Assembly (NCBI GenBank): GCA_040954595.2
Contig: CM082583.2
Coordinates: 3,605,060 to 3,669,059 of the forward strand
DNA from: Balanoglossus misakiensis
Taxonomy: Eukaryota > Animalia > Hemichordata
DNA: 64,000 nt
Direction of reading: 5' to 3'
The position numbers and the translations under genes were made by a program. The notes below the pieces were generated by a model that was not told where the DNA came from, did not search any database, and saw only the letters and a program-made list of their open reading frames with translations. Position 1 is the first letter of the stretch. Every line of letters starts with the position of its first letter. Below are positions 1-12,416 of the stretch, piece by piece.

Positions 1-15
1 CTTGTGTTGACCTAC

Positions 16-67
16 CTGAGTGCCAGTGCGCGATGGGTAGTAACCAGTCATGAGAGCAGAGCGTGTT
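16..67 (-). CDS. Arylsulfatase coding exon 4 (gene continues beyond the window start)
   Basis: ttgacag acceptor and GTAGG donor. Encodes TRSALMTGYYPSRTGTQ, completing the formylglycine motif C-S-P-T-R-S-A-L-M-T-G. Confidence 0.92.
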
Positions 68-224
68 CTGTCAAGAAATAAGATTTCATGATGTAACAAG
101 GCAAATAATGCAGCAATGGCGTCGGACAACGTCAATTGGATGAACTTCTAGGGGATAATGTTTTTTCCACGAAAATCATCACAATGGAGCTTTACCTCTC
201 GCTAATAGACTGTAATTCACTTAC

Positions 225-336
225 GGTGAGCACATGGCCATCGTGTAGAAGTTTTCTAGTATGACACCTTCATCGGCCATCCTCTGCAGATTCGGCGTTA
301 TCATGCTGTCGTCATGCCAACTGACATCGTTCGAAC
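225..336 (-). CDS. Arylsulfatase coding exon 3
   Basis: Encodes (G)SNDVSWHDDSMITPNLQRMADEGVILENFYTMAMCSP with a GTAAGT donor. Phase is compatible with both neighbouring exons. Confidence 0.92.
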
Positions 337-564
337 CTTGGCATCAGAACAAGTGAAGTCCACATCAGCGAGGAGTTGACAATGCATATGTAACGCTGTC
401 GTGTGTTTATTTATTTATTTACACTTAAAACAAGCGTCTGATTTACTCATTGAGTAATATTCATCGGGAGAATATATTGGTGCGGCACCCGTTTAATCTA
501 TAACTTTTTAAAATTAGAACATACAGCCACAATTAGACGTTGATAAGACGTACATGTACACGTA

Positions 565-2005
565 TGTATCACCCCAATATGTAATAATTAACCCAATATG
601 TAATACTAACCCAATATGTAATAACACCTTAACCCAATATGTAATACTAACCCAATATGTAATAACACCTTAACCCAATATGTAATACTAACCCAATATG
701 TAATAACACTTAACCCAATATGTAATACTAACCCAATATGTAATAACACCTTAACCCAATATGTAATACTAACCCAATATGTAATAAAGTTGAATTCTAC
801 ATGAAATAACGTTAATTCTACATGAAAAAATACGTTATTAGTTAACCCTATATGTAATAAACGTTAATTCTACATGAAATAACGTTAATACTACATGAAA
901 AAATACGTTTTTAGTAAACCCAATATGTAATAAACTTGAATTCTACATGAAATAATGTTAATTCTACATGAAACAACGCTAATACTACATGAAAAATACG
1001 TTATTAGTTAACCCTATATGTAATAAACGTTAACCCTATATGTAATAAACTTGAATTCTACATGAAATAACGTTAATTCTACATGAAAAAATACGTTATT
1101 AGTTAACCCTATATGTAATAAACGTTAATTCTACATGAAATAACGTTAATACTACATGAAAAAATACGTTTTTAGTAAACCCAATATGTAATAAACTTGA
1201 ATTCTACATGAAATAATGTTAATTCTACATGAAACAACGCTAATACTACATGAAAAATACGTTATTAGTTAACCCTATATGTAATAAACGTTAACCCTAT
1301 ATGTAATAAACTTGAATTCTACATGAAATAACGTTAATTCTACATGAAATAACGTTAATACTAAATGAAAAATACGTTATTAGTTAACCCTATATGTAAT
1401 AAACGTTAACCCTATATGTAATAAACTTGAATTCTACATGAAATAACGTTAATTCTACATGAAAAAATACGTTATTAGTTAACCCTATATGTAATAAACG
1501 TTAATTCTACATGAAATAACGTTAATACTACATGAAAAAATACGTTATTAGTTAACCCAATATGTAATAAACTTGAATTCTACATGAAATAACGTTAATT
1601 CTACATGAAAAAATACGTTATTAGTTAACCCTATATGTAATAAACTTTAACCCAATATGTAACACTAACCCAATATGTAATAACACTTTAACCCAATATG
1701 TAATACTAACCCAATATGTAATAACACCTTAACCCAATATGTAATACTAACCCAATATGTAATAACACCTTAACCCAATATGTAATACTAACCCAATATG
1801 TAATAACACCTTAACCCAATATGTAATACTAACCCAATATGTAATAACACCTTAACCCAATATGTAATACTAACCCAATATGTAATAACACTTAACCCAA
1901 TATGTAATAAACTTTAATTCTACATGTAAAAAAAACGTTATTAGTTAACCCTATATGTAATAAACGTTAACCGTATATGTAATAAACTTCAACCCATTAT
2001 GTAAT
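565..2005 (+). repeat. Left-arm minisatellite (AACCCAATATGTAATA core in ~18/23-bp units; inner block with AATTCTACATGAAA units)
   Basis: Directly visible tandem repeats. Confidence 0.95.
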
Positions 2006-2829
2006 GGTAAAGGTGGCTTGTATTTTTTTTTGGGGGGGGGGGGGCTCATTTGTCTTTCTGGTAAAAGACCATAATATTATTTCATCCATTTTCAATAGAG
2101 GTGGTGATAGAAGGGGCAACACTTCCCGCTTAACCCAGCGAATAACTTGATAGTCCTGGTAAAGTTAACATAGTGATAGATTTATCTAACCTTTACATCC
2201 ACACGAAATCAAAGTAAATTTTGTTTGTTTGAACCTCTAGCTTTATGCTATATTTCGCAAAACTATTACTATCGGCTGTTAGTATACGGATCCACCCACT
2301 AGGGGACTGCAACCACTGGGCTAATTCGCCACATTTGTCCCGTATCACCCGAGGTGGGGAGGCCCCGGGGGTACGCTGGGGATTAGAAAATTTTGTAAAA
2401 TAAAGGGTGCGAAACTGCAATTTTGTGGACTCAAAAGTACAAGTTTTGTGGCAAAAGTACGTGAACCCCTAAACGTTTTTTAAAAAAAAGATGACCCCCC
2501 CCCCCCTTTGGGACTTCAAAATTAAGAAAGGTATACTTGTATCTGTTTCACTTTTGACGGGCAAGTAGTGTGCACGGATGGTAAAGTGTAACCCCCCCCC
2601 CCCCGCCCCCATCTCTACAAGTGAGGATTGAAGTGTCCTGATGTATATGGCTTCATTAATAACTCAGATTCTCTGTCTAAAATTTGGAAAATTTCCATGT
2701 CAATTATGTGTCCTGGGTATTCTCTGTATATGTCTGGAAGCTTCCATCTGAGACAATATGTTGATGTCACGCATGCGTACACAACTTGATTTCACTACTT
2801 TTTATAAAGACTTGAGTTTTACTTCAACT

Positions 2830-3348
2830 CTATTGGGTTAATATTACATATTCAAACACATTAGGGCAGTGTTATTACATATTGGGTTAAAGTTTATTAC
2901 ATATAGGGTTAACTAATAACGTATTTTTTTATGTAGAATTAACGTTATTTCATGTAGAAATAAAGTTTATTAGATATAGGGTTAACTAATAACGTATTTT
3001 TTCATGTAGAATTAACGTTATTTCATGTAGAACTAAAGTTTATTACATATAGGGTTAACGTTTATTACATATAGGGTTAACTGAAAACGTTTATTTCATG
3101 TAAAATTCAAGTCTATAACATATAGGGTTAACGCTTATTACATATGCAGCTAGCTGATAACGTTTATTACATGTAGAATTAAAGTTTATTACATATTGGG
3201 TTAAGTGTTATTACATATTGGGTTAGTATTACATATTGGGTTAAGTGTTATTACATATTGGGTTAGTATTACATATTGGGTTAAGGCGTTATTACATATT
3301 GGGTTAGTATTACATATTGGGTTAATTATTACATATTGGGGTGATACA
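2830..3348 (-). repeat. Right-arm minisatellite, inverted copy of the left-arm units
   Basis: TATTACATATTGGGTT and TTTCATGTAGAATT units. Confidence 0.95.
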
Positions 3349-3451
3349 CACGTATACATATCAGTAGGCATAGTCAGACGAACCATTCCAAGCTAAGTTT
3401 GAAAGTAAAATCATGACAATAATGCAAACAGTGTAAGCTCATGGCATTTTA

Positions 3452-4158
3452 AGTCTTGTTCTCACTAAAAGTTTCGACACTGGTGTTATGCCAGTGTTTA
3501 CTCTCTGCAAACACAGGGGATTAGCCCACAGAATCTCCGTGCGTCCACACACTAAACTTTTGGCCACTGTTTTGAAATAAACACCGTCTAAATGGCCATG
3601 TTTAGCAACACGGCAACTAACAAAATTGAGGGCGTCGAGGACATTACAGCAACATGTTTCAGTTTCTATACCTGCATATGCATTCTAGACGACTTTGTCG
3701 TCTTCATGACAGTTTTGATAATGTTTAGAAGTAAATGAATGTTAATCCATAAATGGAAAATGCCTCAGCTTTTCGGCGATCGAGAGAATCTTCTGAAAGT
3801 TGGTAGCAGACAGATGTGTTGCAGACCTGGCAAACTGCGAATGGTTTGAAAACCACTCGCGTCCAGTGTGATTGACTTCACAATGGAAACTGACCAAAGA
3901 CAATGGGCTATACCTAATAAACATACCCAAAAGTCACAGCAGGGTGGCGCTTTTGAACGGTGTTTGTTTATCTTTGCGTTCTCACTGCATATTTGCGTCG
4001 GAGCTCTGGCCCAGCACTGGCCCTGACCCGCCACCCATCACCGTCGCAAATCAACACCGGCGCAACACCGGCGTAAAGCGTTCTCACTTGTTTTTTTCCG
4101 TCGGTGTCAAATCTACACCGTTGTAGCACCGGTGTAAACGTGCCAGTGAGAACGCCCT
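3452..4158. mobile_element. Degenerate MITE (Harbinger-like ends)
   Basis: Imperfect inverted ends gttctcact..acactggtg / caccggtgt..agtgagaacgccct, with internal copies of gcgttctcact. Confidence 0.45.
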
Positions 4159-4276
4159 ATTAGTTGTGGGTTACCTCTTTGACCGACAGAAATACCAGAA
4201 ATAACGCCGATGACAGCATAAAACAGTGAACAGAATTATATTCCTGCGAACTCAAATCTATAGCCATGTGACTCAC

Positions 4277-4363
4277 CCAAGTCATCCGCAAGCAAATATA
4301 TGATGTGCGGTCTTCGTGGTGAATCCTTTTCCTCAGAAGATGCAGAGTGAGACCCCCGTGCGG
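4277..4363 (-). CDS. Arylsulfatase coding exon 2
   Basis: tttacag acceptor and GTGAGT donor. Encodes ARGSHSASSEEKDSPRRPHIIYLLADDLG, including the sulfatase N-terminal PHIIxxLADDLG motif. Confidence 0.92.
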
Positions 4364-4644
4364 CTGTAAAGTCACATGTTAATGGCTCAATTCGCTGTGG
4401 TTTGTGAAAATCTGGTGTCTTCATGCTGATGTCACAGTTGCACACATCTGACAGTTTTCCTTTCAACATCATCTTCGAACTATTTTAGTCTGGTGTTCTA
4501 TACTTGAGTCCAAATGAAAACACACGCACTGCCTTTGCGCGTGATCTCTATAACGTGCAAAAGTGTATATCTACCTACTTCTTCGTATTAAAGGGAATGT
4601 AACCATGTGAAACTATACAGTATGTGCAAATTTTGAATACTTAC

Positions 4645-4702
4645 CCAAAGTTAATTTTACGACTACCACGACGAGCAGAAGTTCGGTTATTAATTTGGCC
4701 AT
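4645..4702 (-). CDS. Arylsulfatase (ARSB/ARSI/ARSJ-like) coding exon 1, signal peptide
   Basis: ATG at 4702 gives MAKLITELLLVVVVVKLTL(A), a hydrophobic signal peptide, followed by a GTAAGT donor (phase 1). An upstream ttttgcag acceptor (~4735) and a donor at ~4935 suggest a 5'UTR exon. Confidence 0.8.
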
Positions 4703-6316
4703 ATTGTATCACGCGACTGCAACACTTTGCGAAACTGCAAAATGAAACAATGGCGGGTATATGGTGAGTTATTACACCACCGGCAAATTCTCGACAGTGG
4801 AAAAAAATCAAGCAGGAACGTCTGAATGTAGCCATTCTGATGCGATTTCAGAAATAAATTGTGACGGAACGACTGGAAACAGAAACATATGACGGTCACA
4901 CACTGATGTGCCAACTACGTGAAATGGTGCCTTACCTGGATGCCGTGCAGATCACAAGACTGCGAAAGTCTCACCCGGTGCATGCTTTAAAATAATCCAG
5001 CTTTTGATGTTTTGAAAGATGATTGGTGGACAGACACGAAGGCAGAATAGAAGCAGAACAAAACGCCTGCAGAACAATAACACTGAAATATGGTTGGAAA
5101 CCTAGTTGAACATGTCATGGATTTTGAAAAAGATGTGCATACAAGTTTAAACTTTATGTTTCTCGAACATGGGTGGTGGAGTGACCCCGATAAGACTACT
5201 ATGAGCTCTCGTGGACTTCTGTTACATAGTGAAAGTAAGATATTATTATTAAAACAAAGCTGTCAAACTATGGAACAGAAAAAAAAATCAGACAGGTTAC
5301 GCTGCCGGGGTCAGGTAAAATGATGCTAGAAAATCTGACAACTTATGGGCATCATCACTTTAATAATTGAATAAATCTTTCTTGCTAAAAGAATGAATTT
5401 GACCATGATTATGTATTCCCCTGTCAAAGAGGGCATTTTTTGTATGGTCGTTTACAAAAAAAATGACTAAAATTTCTCACATTTTGAACTGCATGCGAAA
5501 CGAGAAAAACTATTAATTGATATGACGGGTAACGCACCCTGGATCGGTAGAAGAGTTCCACTTTAATATTTCAAAGTCCTTTTAAAAACACTCGGTATAT
5601 GCGGTTAAGTGATTATCTACGGTTCGAGGTTATTCAGAACATATGGCACACTTCAAGCAACATCATGACAAATGCACCCATGTCAAATGAACGGATTTCA
5701 AAGCCCCAACGTCAAAATTCCCCATACGTTGACCCACTTAAACTTTAATTGAAAATAACACGGTCAGTCACCGTAAAGCATGGCTGTGAACAGGAAACCC
5801 CTATAACACAACGAATCTCCCGCACGTACAGAGGTTCAATGAACGGATTTCCTAGCATACCAAGAGGGGTAATTTTTTTTTATTCGTAACAGGAACAACG
5901 AATTTTCAGCCAGCTCCCACAAACAGACAACAAAGCACACAAAATACATGTTTATACATGCAGCTAGACAAAATAGTATAGCTAAAAACCATTGCATTAC
6001 ATGGATAAATATTGATTTTCAGAAAAGATATTGAAGAGAGATGAAAATGTCAATATATTGAGTTATTATAAATCATTTCAAAAGGCCACTGTACGTTGTA
6101 AATATGACAATGAGTGTTCTCTGTGTTTAGCACGGAGTTGCTGAATATCCCCTGTTGTCTGTTCTGCCGACGACTGGAAGTTCAGCAGCAGTGCAATCTG
6201 TTGGTATACCAGTTCCATATGATCTGTCACGTGGTTGTGGTCGTGTTCACTCTCTTCACCGACTTCAACCTAGGGAGAAAGCAAATGACCATGGTGGGGG
6301 TTTCGTATTAAGATAT

Positions 6317-6933
6317 TGTCACGGAATTGCTAGGTCAACGCCGCACACAGACTCGTATCTCAAGAAATGCGACTTTTTCCTGATTCTCAGATTGAGAAAC
6401 CCTATAGCAGGAGAAACTGTCAATTTTCCACTATTGGGGCGGAGCTTGTATCACGTGGGCTTGTTGCATGTATAGTGACTCACCTCGACATCCAAAAGCA
6501 GACGAGGCATGGCGGTTGAACTGTGAGCAGTGCGCTCTCGTGTGTAGTGATCTGAATTCGTACTTTACCTCTATCTTTCTTATATTTTCGTTCAAACCTT
6601 TCTCCACGTATGTGGGAACACTTTTCTGTAAGCTCTGAGAAGTTTAGTTGTCTACGGATCGTAATTCCGAGGTTTTTCTTGGTATTTGTGTGAGCGCAAC
6701 GCTCGGGTCGGTCGGTTAGCAGTTTATACTGCATTTTTCCAGCACATCTCTTAGCGCACGTTCTGCCGTGCGCAAGGTAAATCGAACGAGGACTTGTAAG
6801 GACCGGTCTACGCCTTCAAGGCTCGATCGTGCTACGTTTACGCTACCGTTGAGTTGGCTTTTTGGTCCAAGGTTCGTCATTCACTAAGGCTTGACAATTT
6901 TTGGGACCTCAGTCCGACATAATTTCCGTTACA
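6317..6933 (+). mobile_element. 5' LTR of a Ty3/Gypsy retrotransposon
   Basis: TGTCACGGAA...TTCCGTTACA inverted termini, followed at 6935 by a PBS-like TGGTGGCATTGCGGGAT (degenerate tRNA-Leu type). Confidence 0.8.
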
Positions 6934-7250
6934 TTGGTGGCATTGCGGGATAGGATTTGTGTTGCTTGTTCGTTCAGTCTGCGTTTCGCAGCTGCAGACT
7001 TTCCTTGGGTGTTGCTTCTATTGTTCTTATTATACATTGTTGCTATATTGTTGAATAGCGTTATCGATTTTTTCGTCTAGTGTACCTAGTACGTGCACTG
7101 TAGTACAATGGAGAAATTCGTCGACAGTGAAATCAGTTTCCCACAAGGTGAATAAACAGGAGTTGATAAAACTCCAGGTCGGTCTGTTGAGGCGTCCAAT
7201 GTACATCAACCTGATGGTTTTATGGATTTGCCACCACTTATACATGACTT

Positions 7251-7757
7251 ATGTCACCTGATAGTGAAGTGAGAAATGAAGTGCACAATTCAGGATCGAG
7301 AGAGTCAACATTTTTTCTAGAGCGAGGCATACGCAGTGCGCTCACTCCCTCTGCCACTGCAAGTTGCGACACACCGTCGACGTCAATGGCTCAAAGCCGT
7401 ATATCGACCATAGGGCGAGCTGATAGAGATTCGAATAACACTCGTTCTTTGGCTGCATCGAATGCAAACTCAAGTCCCGCGTCATTTCTTGGTTCTGTGA
7501 ATTCGGGAGTGGATTCTAGCAGTATGTATGTGAATAGAGGGACAAATCCACCCTCTGTAGTTACCGTGCAGACAGACAAAACCCCTCCACCGGTAAAATG
7601 CTCATTTGATAGACAATCGGCGTCTTACTCGAGACAAAATACAGCCGAAGCTGATAGCTATGATGGCGAAAAAGACTTCGTAAATTACAAGCTGCATTTT
7701 GAAATCTGTGCGCGCGTCAATGGATGGGATACTGAGCAAAAAAAAAGACGTTGCTAA
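7251..7757 (+). pseudogene. Truncated Gypsy gag
   Basis: YDGEKDFVNYKLHFEICARVNGWDTEQK matches the typical Gypsy capsid motif. It lies downstream of the LTR/PBS and is truncated at ~7755. Confidence 0.75.
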
Positions 7758-7759
7758 TT

Positions 7760-7995
7760 ATTTTCCAGCTGTCAGCAATGCCCTGGTCATTGCTCCGGCC
7801 AATCAGTCGTGTGTCGTGTACGATGTTTGACTTGAACGACGTCAGAGTCAAAACCATGTGGTGACCTCGTTGCTGTGACATCGCATTTTGAGTTCTATTG
7901 ACAAGCAGAACTTCAAAATCTAAAAGATTTGACTGCGTGTCTAGGCCCTGTGTGCGAGTCTATCTAAAACACACTGGTTTATGGAGACCAGGCTA
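7760..7995. mobile_element. One end of an Academ-type non-autonomous element
   Basis: Ends GGAGACCAGGCTA (reverse complement TAGCCTGGTCTCC). The partner end was not found. Confidence 0.4.
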
Positions 7996-8299
7996 CCAAT
8001 CATGTAAAGTGTGTACTGGTATGTTTTCTATTTACAACTGACCTTACTACATAAATTATTATAAAGAGATGGATTTTTACGTTCAACTTCAAGGAATAAA
8101 ACACATTGATTTTCACTTAAATGGGTGTTGAACTTTTCTTTCTGGCTTTTGGGTTAACTCAAAAATGAAACTCATTTATAAATACATGTATATTAATTGA
8201 TGTTTCACACAGTGTTGTGTTCACTGTTTTTGCTGATTGACAAAATCCACTAAATTAAATCTCAGTGAAAAAGTGCAAAATTTCCTTTTAATATAAAAA

Positions 8300-10094
8300 A
8301 CCTACTTGTAACTTATTCTTAATGAATGTCTGCACATTTCTCCTGTGTTCTTTGGAAATTACTTGTTTCTTTCTCCCCAAGGTTCTTGAGTGCTGTGAGA
8401 GACCCAAAACCCGACACATATCCAGGGCTTCCTGTGACAACCCTTGCATGGTAAAATAAAATCCCATTGCCTCTTGGAACTGGCTTGTCTTCTGTGATCT
8501 AATTTTATGACTGAAAAGAAATAGGTTGAGATTTTGGTACACTCAAGTAGTTTTAAACAACTGGCCATTGGGTGTGTTTCAGTGAACACAACAATGTAAA
8601 TAAGCTACCAAAAGAAACAAAATTATTCACCTGTAAAATGTGAGTAAATTTAAGGTGGCCAGTACTCTCATCTCTTGTTGTTGTTTTTTTTGTGCCGATG
8701 TTGCTGGGTCAACTAGTGCCGTATAAATCAAACTATACAGATCTGGTACATGTTTCTTTACAAAGAACTCCAACTTCTTCAGATCAAAAGAAACACAATT
8801 CTGTTGTGCCCTGTACACAATTTCCTGGAGAGTTCTCAGTTGAGTGGAAAAAGTTGAAGCTGGGAATTTTGAGGAAAATTATAACCCACAATTATTGTCA
8901 GAATTACCAAATAACCTACTTGCTGCTAGACACTGTTCACATTTTATTTAGTTGCCTTACATTGCATTGAAAAAGCTTACACCTAATGAAGTCATATTTT
9001 AGTAACTGCACAGTCTCAGATGTAACAATAGTACCAAAAAATGTTATATTGAAAGGGCGCAGATTTGATTTGCCTCTTTGTATGTTTTGCATCTGGTGGT
9101 AATGATATCAAAACTGGCCTTATTCGTTAGATAAATAACACAAAATCTTATTAACTCTGCAACTGTGTTAAAATCAAATACCAACCTTCTAGTTTCGAAA
9201 TAATGCTTCTCTATTGGCTATTTGACAACAATACGTGACCCTCACTACTAGAAAGAACTGTACCACAATACTGTGTCTCTTTCTGGTCAAATTGGATTGG
9301 GTTCTGTATGATAAAAATACATTGTACAAGTGTTTAGTTGAAGAAATAGGACATCAATGTATCAATTACTTTTTCACAAAACACAGATATTCCTGGTGTA
9401 GAATCTGATAAATATAATGAAAAAACAAGACATTATCAAATTCATTCTCTCAAGAACCCCCCCCCCCCAAAAAAAAGGTCAGCATTTGCGCCCTACATCT
9501 GATTTTAATCAGATTGGATCCAAGTGTGCGTTTCTACATTGAAAACATGTAATCAGAAGATATCAATGCTTGAAACTTACCAAGGGGGATCTGTCTCGGA
9601 GGTCAACGGATTTACTTTGGCTGGGAGGAACGTAAACTTGGAAGCCTGGGAAAAAACTCTGAGTCTGCTCGTAACTTGCACCTATGACACCATCGTGTTC
9701 CAGGCATGTAATTTCTGTCGGACTCGCCTACTTCTTCAAAAACCTTGTACAGCCTTGACGGGATCGGGCGGTCGCTGATCGTCTGACTGTGTGACCATGG
9801 TGCCGGACAAGAGCAACGGCGACTGTCGTCTCTTGTCACACGACGAAAATGATATTTACATATAAAACTAAAAACATCGCCGTCATTCACTAACCCTTTG
9901 CAACATCTTCTTATCGCATCCGTTATAGCATATAACGTCCCACTACATTTGTTTTGTGACCTGGTTTTACCAGCTAAGACACAGTCGTTGTCGCACATCT
10001 TGGCAGTGTTTACAACTAGACTACCATATGGTAACGACTGGTCCACTTTTGGAAACGTTCGCGCCAAATGTTTACATCGTCTGCTGTTGCTCAT
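8300..10094 (-). pseudogene. Intron-containing N-terminal part of a probable Academ/DUF6589-like transposase
   Basis: Cys/His-rich first exon (10094->~9580, GTAAGT donor), then exons at ~8860-8630 and ~8505-8306. The latter encodes RSQKTSQFQEAMGFYFTMQGLSQEALDMCRVLGLSQHSRTL, resembling the RSQxxxxxQxxxGxxxxxxGxS motif. Confidence 0.5.
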
Positions 10095-10237
10095 GAGAAC
10101 GGATTATTGTTTATTTCTCAACTAAGGCGGTAGTACACATCATACTTTTCGTGAAAATCACACGATTGTTAAACAGCTATCAACATGACGTAGCTGAAGT
10201 TTTATTAGCCTAAGTCGAAATCACAGTATCCGCATAA

Positions 10238-11547
10238 GGGAGCATTCGTTTTTACAGGGAGGGGGGGGGGGCGTTGGAATTTGAGTCGCCGACTAAATGT
10301 AAAAGGCAACCCCCCCTCGAAATTACTTTTCTAAAATGTGCCCCCCCCCCTAAATTCTTCAATTGTAAAATGTGACCCCCCCCCCCAAAAAAGTTTATCC
10401 ACCGGATTATACTTATCAAACTTTGTCAGATATTGGTGTATGTTCGACATACCACATAATCAACCATGAAACCTAGTCTACATAGTTCCTTGATTTCAAA
10501 GTAGTGCATTGTCTGCCTGATCTTGTTACGTGAAAGAGTTCATTTTCAATGTCGTCGCTATCACTTTGAGTCACTTTCCTCTGAATCACCTAGTTCACCT
10601 ATCACTACATGTTCATCTTCTGGTTCACTGTCCTTGTCCAAGTCATCCTCTTCATCCTCCTGCTCACCCTCCTCTTTGTCCCTCTCATGGTTTACTCTGA
10701 GACTTTCCAGAGTTGTTTGACACAGTTTCCGGCCAATGCGCGCTTCAACTATTTTCAGTTTGTCTTTTTTCAGCATCTTTTTCTCTGTTGTCGATTTATG
10801 TCTGTTCATGTACATGTCTAGGTCAGAAACTTTCAGCTTACATAGTTCACTAGTGCATCCCAGTCATAGTTGTCATACTGTCCTGGTTGATCCAAAGCAT
10901 TTGCTTGGTTTCGTTTCTTCTGCTTCTTCAGTCTTACAGTTTTCAATGTCTCTAGATGTATTAAGTAGTCAACTACAACTTTATCAGGGACTATGTATTT
11001 CTTGGAGAACTCGCCAACTTCGTCAAGATTATCAGAAGACATTTTTCCTGCTTCAAAAAGATGGCATATTTGAACACGTGGCTGGTAGTCATCAACTCCA
11101 CGTTGATTGCCTTCTGTATCCAATGCTGGTACATTCTTGTGTTCTTATCTATATAATCCTGTTTGTTTGAGTGTATGTGATAACAAAGTCTGAAAATCTT
11201 TGCAAACACTCCATATATCCGTATTTCGGAATATAGCTATTTTTCCAGTTTCCAAAGAGTTTTAAAAGTGATGTATGTCATAATATTGCCATGATACAGC
11301 CTGAAAATGTTATTTTTGTGATCAAAAGTGTACTTGTTGTCACCTGATCACACAGAATAAAGACATGTTCGTATTCTATTTTATACACTTTACGGTCAAT
11401 TCTGTTGTTTTTTGCTATAATTCCATACAAATCTGTTGTAAAAATTGCCCCCCCCCCCAAACCATTGATTATAAAATTTGTCCCCCCCCTAAAAACTGCT
11501 TTGTAAAAGTAAACCCCCCCCCCTCCCTGTAAAAAACGAATGCTCCC
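10238..11547 (-). mobile_element. Internally deleted TIR transposon with TAA TSD (Zator-like or PIF/Harbinger-like), retaining a transposase C-terminus
   Basis: TAA|GGGAGCATTCGTTTTTACAGGGAGGG ... CCCTCCCTGTAAAAAACGAATGCTCCC|TAA. Internal minus-strand ORF remnant DDYQPRVQI...YDNYDW...LKVSDLDMY is homologous to the ORFs at 34502 and 40124. Confidence 0.85.
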
Positions 11548-11759
11548 TAACTTTGAAATGTTTATTTCAAACTGACACAACACAGTCACTCATTATCAGG
11601 GGGACCGTTGATTACTGAACTTTTGCTAACTTGCATCAGCGAACGAATTTTCCACAGCATTAACAAAAAAAGGTCAATATTTGATAACACAAAAAATGTG
11701 AAAACTTGGAACATTAAAATAAATTTTCTCTGTATTTTTAAAATTTTGGATTAATTGTC

Positions 11760-12416
11760 TTTGATATTTTAACTTTGACATTTTTTGTCTCTTTGTGTTT
11801 CGATCTCCTTTTCCTGTCTCTCTAACTTCTTCAGCTTTCTTAAGTTTCTTTGGTAGTCCACTGTGCCTTTCACTTGTCTTAGCTCTTTTTGGATGTTTCT
11901 CACCATTTTCTCCTTTGCAACAATTCTTGCTTTAGAACTGACTGTTTTGTCTCTATGTTTTGAATTACTTTGGTCTTCCCTTCAATGCATTTTGAAAGGG
12001 TGTTCACTTCTTTCTGTTTTTCCGTGACAAGTTCTGTCAGGGCAGAAATTTGAACTTTAAGTGTTTCAGTGGCACTGTCGTCTGACTTCAAAACACTACT
12101 GTTACCGGATCTGGAACATTTCCTCTTTTTCTTCTGTGGTTTTGATGAGGTGGAACTGGAAGGAGCAGCCTGACTGCAATCTACATGTGTACTGAAAATC
12201 TCCTCTTTAAAGCTGGCCCCTGCATCATCATTCCGAGACTTGTTTTTATTAAGTTTCCGGAACCTCTGTCGCACTCTATCAATTTCTTTCTTGAGAAATT
12301 TTGAATCATGGATGGTTGACTCAAGAATTGGATTTTATGAATGCAAAAAATGCGACTATGTACGAAAAGTTTTTCAGCCATTCGCTAAAGTCAGGTGACT
12401 CAAACTTTTGTCTCAT
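11760..12416 (-). pseudogene. Degenerate basic/coiled-coil N-terminal ORF remnant, probably TE-derived
   Basis: Frameshifted ORF fragments with a Lys-rich stretch and heptad pattern; no catalytic motif seen. Confidence 0.3.

Larger units (their letters stand above)
565..3348. mobile_element. Foldback-type non-autonomous TIR element with internally repetitive arms, inside an arylsulfatase intron
   Basis: Starts TGTATCACCCCAATATGTAATAATTAACCC and ends with its reverse complement. CACGTA is duplicated at 559-564 and 3349-3354 (6-bp TSD). Confidence 0.9.

Noticed and set aside
565-3348. CRISPR-like array
   Set aside because: The repeats are head-to-tail without unique spacers, form inverted arms with a TSD, and there are no cas genes. 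The context is a eukaryotic intron.
3201-3396. Repetitive ORFs (NPICN / LLHIG)
   Set aside because: They are translations of the minisatellite arm.
6317-7757. Pairing this 5' LTR with the LTRs at 59176 or 62648 as one giant element
   Set aside because: The sequences, lengths and orientations differ.
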